From contig JAUXTO010000013.1 of assembly GCA_030679255.1 (NCBI GenBank), positions 84,383 through 148,382 on the forward strand: 64,000 nucleotides of DNA, in the 5' to 3' direction. The notes under the pieces are model-generated. The model did no database searches and was not told the DNA's origin. It saw only the letters and a list, made by a program, of their open reading frames with translations. How positions within the stretch are numbered: position 1 is the first letter of the stretch; each line of letters opens with the position of its first letter. This stretch comes from Candidatus Gottesmanbacteria bacterium (GTDB taxonomy: Bacteria > Patescibacteriota > Microgenomatia > UBA10105 > UBA927). The translations under genes and the position numbers were made by a program. Positions 41,885-50,268 of this stretch are shown here, piece by piece.

Positions 41885-42618
41885 AACTTTCCCTCTTTGA
41901 CCATAGCCGCTACCCGGGAGTTGGCATTGAGGAGTTCGTCATAGGAAGTTCCCGCATCGATCCACCAATCGATGATTTCGCAGGTGAGCTCTCCGGATCT
42001 CAAATAATAATTATTCAAATCCGTCACTTCCAATTCTCCGCGGCCGGAAGGCGATAAATGCTTAATACAGGCAAATACGGTATGGTCATAGATATATATT
42101 CCGGTCTGTGCGATATCAGATTTGGGATGTTCCGGTTTTTCCTCAATAGATAAGACTTTTCCGTTTTTATCGACTTCGATAACCCCATATTGTTTCGATT
42201 CTGTATCCTTATGGACTCCAAATACCATGCCGCCTTTGCTTTTTACTTCAAATTTTCGCCGTGCTTCTAAAAGATTGAAATTAAAAATATTATCTCCCAA
42301 CAGGACAAGAATTGGCTCATCGTGGGCAAACTCCTCAGCAAGGGCAATGGCATCAGCAATACCACCTTTAGGGTTCTGCTGTACCGCATAATAAAGTTTA
42401 AGCTGGAAATCCTCTCCATTTTTTAAAAGATTAGCAAAATGTCCTGCATGGTCGCCCGAAGTCGTCAGTAGGACTTCTTTGATGCCTGCTTTCCGCATCG
42501 CTTCCAGAGGATAATAAATCATGGGCTTGTTGTAGATAGGCAACAAGTGTTTATTGGTAACGAGCGTAAGGGGACGAAGTCTTGTCGCGAGTCCACCGGC
42601 TAAAATGACACCTTTCAT
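41881..42618 (-). CDS. rmlA: Glucose-1-phosphate thymidylyltransferase (short RmlA/SpsI type)
   Basis: GVILAGG.ATRL.PLT...NKHLLP.Y.KPMIYYP, EEKP and RGELE.TD motifs. Confidence 0.9.
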   Translation of the reverse strand: MKGVILAGGLATRLRPLTLVTNKHLLPIYNKPMIYYPLEAMRKAGIKEVLLTTSGDHAGHFANLLKNGEDFQLKLYYAVQQNPKGGIADAIALAEEFAHDEPILVLLGDNIFNFNLLEARRKFEVKSKGGMVFGVHKDTESKQYGVIEVDKNGKVLSIEEKPEHPKSDIAQTGIYIYDHTVFACIKHLSPSGRGELEVTDLNNYYLRSGELTCEIIDWWIDAGTSYDELLNANSRVAAMVKEGKL

Positions 42619-42633
42619 ATGTTCGAGTCTCCT

Positions 42634-42882
42634 TTAATAACCCAATACAATAAACAATAGGATTATCGCGATACTACCGACAAATATATATTCTATCACA
42701 ACTTTCCGGTGCAAATCCCCTTGCATGGCGTGATGAATCATGCCCCATGCGATATAGGCGACACTCGTCACAACGCCAATCATAAGCTGGAGGCCGGTAT
42801 TCCCGTGAGCCAAGAAAAACATTCCTGTTCCACCCGCAAGAATCAAAAGAAGAACAATAAAATGAAGAATGTGTCCTTTCAT
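42634..42882 (-). CDS. Small 3-TM membrane protein
   Basis: 82 aa, hydrophobic, with WG..HH and EY; co-oriented with its neighbours. Confidence 0.7.
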   Translation of the reverse strand: MKGHILHFIVLLLILAGGTGMFFLAHGNTGLQLMIGVVTSVAYIAWGMIHHAMQGDLHRKVVIEYIFVGSIAIILLFIVLGY

Positions 42883-42888
42883 ATTGCC

Positions 42889-43794
42889 TTAAAGCACCGC
42901 TCCTCTCGTGGCAAGCTGCAACAAGAGTAGTAACACCGCAAAAAATGCCATGTGTCCGACGCTGTGGCCGGATACGCGAATAATTTTTCTCCGATAGACA
43001 TACCAGCCGTCTATCACAACAACCAAGAGAATAAGCCCTGCAAATCCGGTCGTTACCTGTTTGGAAATCGAGGAAATATCAACCAGCGGCTGCTTCAGTA
43101 CGTCCGTCAGCCCAAACGTGTTATTTTGAGCTGCTACTGTCGCAAACGGCTGTACCACGACAAGTGCTGATGGGGCCGTTGCCGCCGCCGTCGGGGTGAG
43201 AATGGTAGGCTTTATCTGATAGGCGAGTTGGCTATCTCCGGCACCGAACATTTGGACCACCAGCGTAGTTTCCTCTCCGGCCAACACACCGTTAACCACA
43301 GCAAAACCTATATCTTTATAGTCGCCCCGCATAATATTTTCCCGGTGGGTGGGGGAAGCCATCCAGGCATCTACAACTCCGCTGCTTACCGAAAAATTCT
43401 TGGCAAGGTTCTCGCCGGCTACCCGATAGCGATACCCTGCCACAGTGACAAATTCCCACGGTGTTTTACCGCTAGGGCTGTTGTGCGCCCAATACCCCTT
43501 AGCAAACATGTCCTGCGCTTTGAGCGCGGCTGCCCGGGAGAGTCGTTGATCTAAAACGAGCGCCCCGAGTCCTGCTTCGGCACGTTTCGCGTTGATGGCA
43601 GAAAAAAGCTGCTCTACGCGGATGTCTGTGGCAAACCCCAACACATCGGGAAATTGCGTATGTCCCAGAGTAAGGAGGAACTTGAACAAGACGAATGCAA
43701 GAAGATATACAAACATCGCGTCTACATGGAGTACGCGCGCGTGATGATTATTACTGTGATGTGGCGTAAACAAATGACGGATACCATTACCCAT
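42889..43794 (-). CDS. CAP/SCP domain membrane-anchored protein
   Basis: N..R...GL..L, AA..KA.DM....YWAH, AGENLA and WMASPTHRENI motifs; TM helices at both ends. Confidence 0.9.
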   Translation of the reverse strand: MGNGIRHLFTPHHSNNHHARVLHVDAMFVYLLAFVLFKFLLTLGHTQFPDVLGFATDIRVEQLFSAINAKRAEAGLGALVLDQRLSRAAALKAQDMFAKGYWAHNSPSGKTPWEFVTVAGYRYRVAGENLAKNFSVSSGVVDAWMASPTHRENIMRGDYKDIGFAVVNGVLAGEETTLVVQMFGAGDSQLAYQIKPTILTPTAAATAPSALVVVQPFATVAAQNNTFGLTDVLKQPLVDISSISKQVTTGFAGLILLVVVIDGWYVYRRKIIRVSGHSVGHMAFFAVLLLLLQLATRGAVL

Positions 43795-43839
43795 ACAGTA
43801 CTATCATAGCAACCTCACGCAAAATTACCAACGGAAGAT

Positions 43840-44748
43840 TCAAGAAGAGTATCGATCATCTTCATAGATTGGCACAACGGTTTGTCCTACGAATAAATTA
43901 TTGATGGGAACTCCAAGAAGAACTCCAAGTGTATTGGCAAGAGCAACACCCACGCGAAGGCCGGTATAGGAACCCGGACCTGTATTGACGCGTATCGATG
44001 TAATATCGCCAAGGACGTGGTGTGACGTATCTAAAAGTTTCACAATCAAGGGAAGTGCCTCCTGAGCTTTACCCACACGCATATCGCGCGCTTTGAGCGT
44101 TTGATGGCCGTGCGCATCGATGAAGCTCACGGCTATGACGTCCGAGCGTGATGTGTCAATAGTAAGGGTGAGCGGCTGTTTCAACAGTACGACTCCCTGA
44201 CGAATAATCCTAATGGTTCCGGTGGAACAATCTACGACGGTTGACGCGTTCCCGATAGAACATACCCCAGGTACGACATAATCCACGAGCTTGATGAGCT
44301 CCAGATCCAAATCTTCATAGCAGTAGGGAGTAGGAGACCCATGAAAATTGGCTGATGGCCCGAGGATCGGCACACCCACCCCTCGGATAAGCTCCAAGGC
44401 GGTCTCGTGATTGGGCATACGTAAACCAATATTTTTTCCGCTACCACGGATAGGGGAGTACACTAAATTTTCTTTACACCCAGCGATAATAGTAAGCGCA
44501 CCGGGCCAATACGTTTTCATCAGATGTCGTACAATTTCTGACGGATCGAGATAGTAGGCGAGAGCCATAGCCTTGGATGCAACCAGAACCGGGGTCGCCT
44601 GTGTACGCGGGCGTTTACGGAGCTTAAACAGTCTGTCTACCGCTTTCACATCATCCATCCGGCACCCTATGCCGAAAGCTGTATCCGTCGGATACATGAT
44701 GATACCGCCCTCCTTTAAAACCTGAATCGCTTGCTTGATACTTTCCAT
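43840..44748 (-). CDS. tsaC: TsaC (Sua5/YrdC) fused to a short TsaB domain
   Basis: PTDTAFG, K.RP, WPGALT, PSAN and STVVD followed in frame by IDTS...GPGSYTGLRVG..AN. Confidence 0.88.
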   Translation of the reverse strand: MESIKQAIQVLKEGGIIMYPTDTAFGIGCRMDDVKAVDRLFKLRKRPRTQATPVLVASKAMALAYYLDPSEIVRHLMKTYWPGALTIIAGCKENLVYSPIRGSGKNIGLRMPNHETALELIRGVGVPILGPSANFHGSPTPYCYEDLDLELIKLVDYVVPGVCSIGNASTVVDCSTGTIRIIRQGVVLLKQPLTLTIDTSRSDVIAVSFIDAHGHQTLKARDMRVGKAQEALPLIVKLLDTSHHVLGDITSIRVNTGPGSYTGLRVGVALANTLGVLLGVPINNLFVGQTVVPIYEDDRYSS

Positions 44749-44753
44749 AGTTA

Positions 44754-45272
44754 TTAGATGACTCGCTCCATCGAAATTTTATGCGAATCGTTTTCCAATA
44801 CCTCAAATCGTATATCAACCCTTCTTTTTGGAAGTAATCCACCCAATGTATCAGCCCATTCGATAAGTACGATCGAATCCGAATCTCTCAGCATTTCCGG
44901 GATTCCCAACTCAACAAGCTCTTTTTCGTCACCAATACGGTACAAATCGATATGATATAAAAATCCTGATTGTTTTACCAGTTGATAACGTCGTACAATA
45001 TAAAAAGTCGGGGAGAGCAGGCGAGAGGTAATTCCTAATGCTTTTCCAAATCCCTGAACAAACGTCGTCTTCCCACTGCCCAGTTCCCCATATAAACAAA
45101 CAGTCAATGCTCCCCGATCTTGTTCACTTTTGACTTTTGACTTTCCCGCCTGCAACGCTTGATGCGTAGCATTTGCGGGCAGGTGACTTTTGACTATATG
45201 AATCCCCAACTCTTGGCCAATGCGCGCAGTTTCTTTGGGCTCCGTGGTAATAAATGGGTAAGTGAAATCCAT
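44754..45272 (-). CDS. tsaE: tRNA t6A biosynthesis ATPase TsaE
   Basis: LYGELGSGKTTF, SPTF, HIDLYR and IEWA motifs. Carries an N-terminal repeat insertion. Confidence 0.92.
   Translation of the reverse strand: MDFTYPFITTEPKETARIGQELGIHIVKSHLPANATHQALQAGKSKVKSEQDRGALTVCLYGELGSGKTTFVQGFGKALGITSRLLSPTFYIVRRYQLVKQSGFLYHIDLYRIGDEKELVELGIPEMLRDSDSIVLIEWADTLGGLLPKRRVDIRFEVLENDSHKISMERVI
45128..45194. repeat. (TTTTGAC)n array interrupted by a 39-bp hairpin element (45145-45183)
   Basis: ttttgac ttttgac ttt[CCCGCCTGCAACGCT-tgatgcgt-AGCATTTGCGGGCAGG]tgac ttttgac. Confidence 0.9.
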
Positions 45273-45607
45273 GCAATGCTTGCTCCTATGGCGTCAATTA
45301 TAACATCCCGAAGCCTCCCCTCCCGTGTCGGAACGAACAGTTGGTGTATTTCATCCGTAACAGCATAGATGAGTGTCAAAAAAAATGCGACCGCAAGTAA
45401 ATTGATTCCGATGGAAGCACGTAGAGTATTTTTTAATGCTCGGAAGTACAAAACAAACAAAATGGAGTACTCGATCACATGGAGCGTTTTAAAAAATAGG
45501 AAATTGATGAGAGGCTCCTGGGCAACCTGAACGCTTGACCTGCCAGATAAGAAAAAAATCACTCCCATCCAGGCCACAACCGGAAGCCAATATCGGACAA
45601 ACTTCAT
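45194..45607 (-). CDS. VanZ-family membrane protein
   Basis: K.LH..EY and YA.TDE.HQ.FVP.R.G...D..ID motifs. Confidence 0.9.
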   Translation of the reverse strand: MKFVRYWLPVVAWMGVIFFLSGRSSVQVAQEPLINFLFFKTLHVIEYSILFVLYFRALKNTLRASIGINLLAVAFFLTLIYAVTDEIHQLFVPTREGRLRDVIIDAIGASIAWISLTHLLPRSPKKLRALAKSWGFI

Positions 45608-46509
45608 TTATCCAGTATATCAGAATGATGCTCCCGCGCGATCTTCCAGGTATAAACCCCGGCAAGCATAGCCAAACCAATCGCCACTAAGAGCATAGAA
45701 ATGACCATCGGCTTCCAGGAATTATTGGAAGCATACGCGCTTGGCGATGATGTTTTCGCTTCGACACGCTCGCCCAATACGAACAGCTCCCTCACGGCAG
45801 GTTGTTCCTCTGCGTCTTCTGCGGTTGAAGGTACTCCGGGAGACGGAGATTTGGATACCATAAGTGTAGACATAGGAGTACTCGTTGGTGAAGGTGTCTT
45901 CGTCGGTGTAGCTACAGCCGTGGGCGTAGGAGTAGCGGTAGGCTTAGTAGTGGGGGTAGGAGTTGGCGTCTTTGTTGGCGTAGGCGTAAAAGTTGGGGTG
46001 GCTGTGGCTTGCGGCGTAGGTGTTGGAGTCGGTGTTGGAGTTGGTGATGGCGCCAAATCAGAACATTTCGATGATGATTTCGATGGCGTTTGATTTACTT
46101 GCCAACTCCCACCATCCGGAACCCGCGCGTATGATTTATCCGCAGAACTACTCGCGTATTGATAACTATCAATAAGCGAACCATCAAGCTTAAATATCGT
46201 TGGCGTGTCGCCATTGTTGTTCAGATACGTCGAAAGCTCTACATAGCATGTTGCACTGGATAATAATAAACCAGAAATTGCAAGTCTTCCCGATGAGCCG
46301 CTATCAGAATCAAAATTAGTATCATCATCAAAGTAATAATTCGATAAATCCTCCGAGGATGGCTCAGTGTTATAAAACTCAATCCACTCTACGTTCCCGC
46401 TTGAAGGCGCTGGAAGAAATTCATTGATAACAACGGCGGCAAAAGCACGAGGAGGAAATGTAATGAAGAAACAGAGACTGATAAAAGCCTTGATTAAAAG
46501 GGGTCTCAT
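45604..46509 (-). CDS. Lamin-tail-domain surface protein with a Pro/Thr-rich stalk and C-terminal TM anchor
   Basis: Signal peptide, VVINEF.P...[25 protein letters not shown] repeats and a C-terminal TM helix. Confidence 0.85.
   Translation of the reverse strand: MRPLLIKAFISLCFFITFPPRAFAAVVINEFLPAPSSGNVEWIEFYNTEPSSEDLSNYYFDDDTNFDSDSGSSGRLAISGLLLSSATCYVELSTYLNNNGDTPTIFKLDGSLIDSYQYASSSADKSYARVPDGGSWQVNQTPSKSSSKCSDLAPSPTPTPTPTPTPQATATPTFTPTPTKTPTPTPTTKPTATPTPTAVATPTKTPSPTSTPMSTLMVSKSPSPGVPSTAEDAEEQPAVRELFVLGERVEAKTSSPSAYASNNSWKPMVISMLLVAIGLAMLAGVYTWKIAREHHSDILDK
45876..46050 (-). repeat. Pro/Thr-rich low-complexity coding repeat
   Basis: Encodes [44 protein letters not shown]... Confidence 0.85.
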
Positions 46510-46510
46510 G

Positions 46511-46822
46511 TCACATCCCTCCCTCTCTTGTATGTCGCTCTTTTTTATACGCATACACAAACCGTGACTCGTCACTCCCGCCGCCTGACCCTCCATCTGT
46601 TTGATAGTTTGTAATAAAGTACCGCTCTACTCTGCGCGCCGCATCTGCGGTAACGCATTCCCTATATATCCAATAATCCATATCTTTGTTTACGCCATGC
46701 TCTTCAAACAACCTCGCTTGCGCGTTTTCGGCAATACCCACATACCAGTCTGTGGACAGCGTATTGGTTTTATGGATATATTCAACTATGTCGTTTACAA
46801 TACTGCTTTCTTGTTGTGGCAT
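46511..46822 (-). CDS. Small hypothetical protein with a GIY-YIG-like residue pattern
   Basis: WYVGIA....RL..EH...A..VE.YF. Preceded by TACACT-6nt-ATG, and its stop abuts the next start. Confidence 0.65.
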   Translation of the reverse strand: MPQQESSIVNDIVEYIHKTNTLSTDWYVGIAENAQARLFEEHGVNKDMDYWIYRECVTADAARRVERYFITNYQTDGGSGGGSDESRFVYAYKKERHTREGGM

Positions 46823-46859
46823 AGTCCAAGTGTAGATTGGTGATCGGTGACTCAACTGC

Positions 46860-46877
46860 GACTCACGGACGAGTCGG
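46860..46877. terminator. Possible hairpin after the sensor gene
   Basis: CGACTC-acggac-GAGTCG immediately after the stop at 46883. There is no U-tract. Confidence 0.3.
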
Positions 46878-46882
46878 GAAAT

Positions 46883-48190
46883 TTAGGAGAGTTTCGAAGT
46901 GAGCGCGGGGTTGATACAATACTTTTTGTCTGTGTGAGAGATAAGCTTGACACCAGTCAACTTCTTCACTTTGGCATTGACCGCCTCAACCGCATCGTAC
47001 ACAAGCCGCTTCACGTTTTTCTGTTCATCGAGCTCTCCCATAGCATCAGATAGATCAAGCGTATCATAGTGTCTTTTTGGATTTTTGAAGAGCAGTTTGC
47101 ATATATCGTGTTGATACGAATCGGCTGGGATATCTATAGCATGAGTATCATTGATAATGATTTTGCTTTCTGATGAATCGAAAATAATCCGATCAACGAC
47201 AATGTATTGAGGATTAATAAGCGCTGCTAACCGCTCTTCAATAATTTCCCTGATGTCACGGCGATAAATAAAAAGCGTAAACACTGCAAACATAAAAACG
47301 GAAAACAACCCCACGGCAAAAGACAGCATCAACTGATTGCCGAGTATCCTACTCAATTGATCGAGCCCCTTGCCTATGGCAACCAGTCCAACAGTTTCTC
47401 CATTGGCCAGGATCGGTTCAACGTAAAGCATGAACTTCTGTTGGGACCGCCCATCGCTTATGACCGAAAAATCTTTACGCCTCAGGGCATCCTGAAGATA
47501 GCTTTTGTCGATATATGCCGGCGGACCACCTATACTTTTATGACTTATGTTAAACGTATCGATGATTTCAAACGAGATATTGTGGTCAAGCTCTTTATCA
47601 ACGACGCGTGTCGCATCCAGCGTCTCATTGGTCAATGAGATCTGACCATCAAGTATCTCTGCATTTTTCAACAGTATCATATCCAATTCCTTTTCAGATC
47701 GGCCGGCCGGCTCAAAGTATGCCAAAAGAATCACACCCTTTTCCTGACCAATTCGCACGATCGGATACGAAAATACCCGCCACGGTTCACTGACCGCAGA
47801 AATGATCGTTTTGGGTGTCGGGAACGATGAGGCATAGGCATAATTGGACGTATCCAACAAGCCGCTGATAACGTTCATACGGTCGATAAGGAATCCATCA
47901 AGGGAAAAAATATAAAGCGGGCTCTCTGAAGGAGTCGTCGTGTCCGATAAATACTTATTGGTATTCCATACGCCATCTTTGTATTCAAAATCCCCGGAAA
48001 CCACGCCTGCGGTGGTACGTAAATATGATTTTATGTCATTGAGTGATAATGTGCGGATGATAAAATAGCCGGCAATCAAATATAAAATAAAAAGAACAAG
48101 GAATACCGTAGATAATCGAAGGATGAGACGCATCTCTGCTTTATCCGCATGAAGTGCCTTAATAAAACCTGAAATATGAGCTATTGCCAT
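46883..48190 (-). CDS. Membrane sensor (Cache-like) with a C-terminal winged-helix-like domain
   Basis: Two TM helices flank a large extracytoplasmic domain with tandem PAS-like units. The C-terminus resembles an OmpR-type wHTH, and no HisKA/HATPase motifs are visible. Confidence 0.65.
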   Translation of the reverse strand: MAIAHISGFIKALHADKAEMRLILRLSTVFLVLFILYLIAGYFIIRTLSLNDIKSYLRTTAGVVSGDFEYKDGVWNTNKYLSDTTTPSESPLYIFSLDGFLIDRMNVISGLLDTSNYAYASSFPTPKTIISAVSEPWRVFSYPIVRIGQEKGVILLAYFEPAGRSEKELDMILLKNAEILDGQISLTNETLDATRVVDKELDHNISFEIIDTFNISHKSIGGPPAYIDKSYLQDALRRKDFSVISDGRSQQKFMLYVEPILANGETVGLVAIGKGLDQLSRILGNQLMLSFAVGLFSVFMFAVFTLFIYRRDIREIIEERLAALINPQYIVVDRIIFDSSESKIIINDTHAIDIPADSYQHDICKLLFKNPKRHYDTLDLSDAMGELDEQKNVKRLVYDAVEAVNAKVKKLTGVKLISHTDKKYCINPALTSKLS

Positions 48191-48228
48191 GCGCGAGCGA
48201 ATTGTTTGCAGAACAAATCGATCCTATA

Positions 48229-49362
48229 CTACTGCACATGCAGGTAAAAACTCAAGACCCCGTCGCCATGCTCAATATATTTTATTTTTATGATACTCCC
48301 GCTGCCACACGCTTGACTTGATGAATAGAGATCACCATCACTCGGTGCCCGGATGATATTGCTTCCGGTTGATACCATATCAAATCCCGTATGAATACCA
48401 CTGGAATACTGATACCGCCATGAATAGGGCGTCTTACCGAAATACTGGGTTATTCTGATCGTGTCCTCCAGAGGCCAGGCCCAGCTTCCACTTCCCAATG
48501 TTGCGTCACCTCCGTTTTGATCATCTTTCACCCGTTTGGAGGACAAATACCCACCAGGGTCAACCCATGATCCCCCTTTTCGTACCTCAAAATGAAGGTG
48601 CGCGCCAGTCGAACAACCAGGAAACCCGGTGTTTCCGACGACAGCAATAGGGTCACCTTTTTTCACCGGGCCAAGTTTCACCGAATCGATAAGTGCACGG
48701 TCAACGGCTTGCTTCTCAGCGAGCGCCTGAGCCAGAAGCTTTTGATAGACCACTTCACTGTTTTTGGTTTGATCCAATAACACTTGCTTTTCCTTTTTTT
48801 GACGGGCAAGGGATGCACTTTCCTTCTCTAATTGCTTTTTGAGTTTTTCCTGTTCAAGTTTTTTGCCTTCACGAAGATTTTTTCTTTCGGTGAAATTATT
48901 TTGCGTCGCTTTCAATTGAAACAGAAGCGCTGCATCATGCTCTTGTATCGTGGATATATACTTTACCCGCGAAACAAATTCAGAAAAAGAACTACTGAGA
49001 AGAAACATCCCGAACTGAGAAGTATTTCTCCTCTTGTACGATTCTGGTATACGCCGGAGGACGAGTTCCGTGCGTCTTGTCAGTAGCCCCTCTAAGCGCT
49101 CTATTTCACCGGCTAGCTCATCGATTTCTGCCGTAAGTTTGACCACCGCTGATCGTATCGTATTTATCCGAAGGGACGTCAAGGAAATCTGTGAATCGAG
49201 GAGAGAAATTTGTTTAGCAAGGGTATTTTCTTCCTGCTGGAGTTGAGATATTTTCTTGGTCAGTTCCTCAATAGTTTGATTGACGTCCCCGTCAACTGCA
49301 TGCACGGAGAGCTGAAAAAAAAATAAAAAGAAAAAAAGGAAACCCAAACATAATCGTTTCAT
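48229..49362 (-). CDS. Coiled-coil plus M23 (LytM) peptidase, FtsEX partner
   Basis: Signal peptide, long CwlO/EnvC-like coiled coil, STGAHLHFEV and HTGFD motifs; directly downstream of ftsEX. Confidence 0.88.
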   Translation of the reverse strand: MKRLCLGFLFFFLFFFQLSVHAVDGDVNQTIEELTKKISQLQQEENTLAKQISLLDSQISLTSLRINTIRSAVVKLTAEIDELAGEIERLEGLLTRRTELVLRRIPESYKRRNTSQFGMFLLSSSFSEFVSRVKYISTIQEHDAALLFQLKATQNNFTERKNLREGKKLEQEKLKKQLEKESASLARQKKEKQVLLDQTKNSEVVYQKLLAQALAEKQAVDRALIDSVKLGPVKKGDPIAVVGNTGFPGCSTGAHLHFEVRKGGSWVDPGGYLSSKRVKDDQNGGDATLGSGSWAWPLEDTIRITQYFGKTPYSWRYQYSSGIHTGFDMVSTGSNIIRAPSDGDLYSSSQACGSGSIIKIKYIEHGDGVLSFYLHVQ

Positions 49363-49371
49363 TGTACATTG

Positions 49372-50268
49372 TTAAAATTTCAAATAGCGGCCTACTGCGA
49401 CCATGCTTCCGATGCTTCCCAGAAGAAATCCGGTCAAGGCAAGTCCCCCGAAATATGCAAATGCAGCGAGCAAAAAAGCAATCGATGTAGGAGCTCCAAT
49501 CACGGTGCCGATTGCAGGAATAACACCTAAAAACGTAAGAAGAAACGGATAAAGCCAGAGCGTGAGTACTGCGATGATGAGTCCCGCAATCCCCGCGCCA
49601 AAAAGTCCATAGAGACCTCCTTCTAAAAGAAATGGCATCCTGATATGCCATGGGGAGGCGCCTACCAAATTAAGCACTTCCACTTCCTGTTTCCTAAGCG
49701 CAATTTTCATGCCAATGATCGTCATGACGATGAGAATAGAATCCACCGCCAAGAGCCCCGCAAGTGATCCACCGACCCATCGGATGGCATTGGTCCAGGA
49801 TATGAGCGTCTCAACGACATCACGCTGATAGACAACTTCTTCAACGCCTTCTGACTTTTTAATAACTTCTTCGAGATCTGATAAAAAATTCGGCTCGGTT
49901 GCCGACACTTCAAGCGAAGCCGGAAGGATATCGGCCGTCACCATCTCAAGGAGCAGCGGATCACTTTTATTTTGCTGGCGGTAGAGGGCGAGCGCATCAT
50001 CTTTTGTTATGTATTTGATGCTCACGGTTTTACCGGTCGCGGTGAGGTCGTTTTCTAGTGTATGGATGACATCCTCTCCCGTCTTATCCTGAAAATAAAC
50101 GGTGATCTGAGGTTTTCCCTCAAAATATTTCAAAACAAAATATGATGCAGTGCTCGCCAAGAAAAAAAGTCCCACCAGAAGCAGAGTCAAAAACATCGTG
50201 AGTATCGCCGCCATAGCCTGATACGGCGAGCGGCGCATGTGTTTGTATGCGGTCGTTAGGGCAATCAT
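49372..50268 (-). CDS. ftsX: Cell division permease FtsX
   Basis: 4-TM layout, LPASLEV and R..E..V..LVGAS...IR.PF..EG motifs. Confidence 0.9.
   Translation of the reverse strand: MIALTTAYKHMRRSPYQAMAAILTMFLTLLLVGLFFLASTASYFVLKYFEGKPQITVYFQDKTGEDVIHTLENDLTATGKTVSIKYITKDDALALYRQQNKSDPLLLEMVTADILPASLEVSATEPNFLSDLEEVIKKSEGVEEVVYQRDVVETLISWTNAIRWVGGSLAGLLAVDSILIVMTIIGMKIALRKQEVEVLNLVGASPWHIRMPFLLEGGLYGLFGAGIAGLIIAVLTLWLYPFLLTFLGVIPAIGTVIGAPTSIAFLLAAFAYFGGLALTGFLLGSIGSMVAVGRYLKF

Noticed and set aside
36063-45194. CRISPR array or DGR template/variable repeat suggested by the two near-identical 36-39 bp palindromes
   Set aside because: The copies are 9 kb apart with no spacer periodicity, no cas or reverse transcriptase genes, and no adenine-specific differences.
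45701-46093. Gly/Val-rich + strand ORF
   Set aside because: It is the reverse complement of the Pro/Thr repeat.
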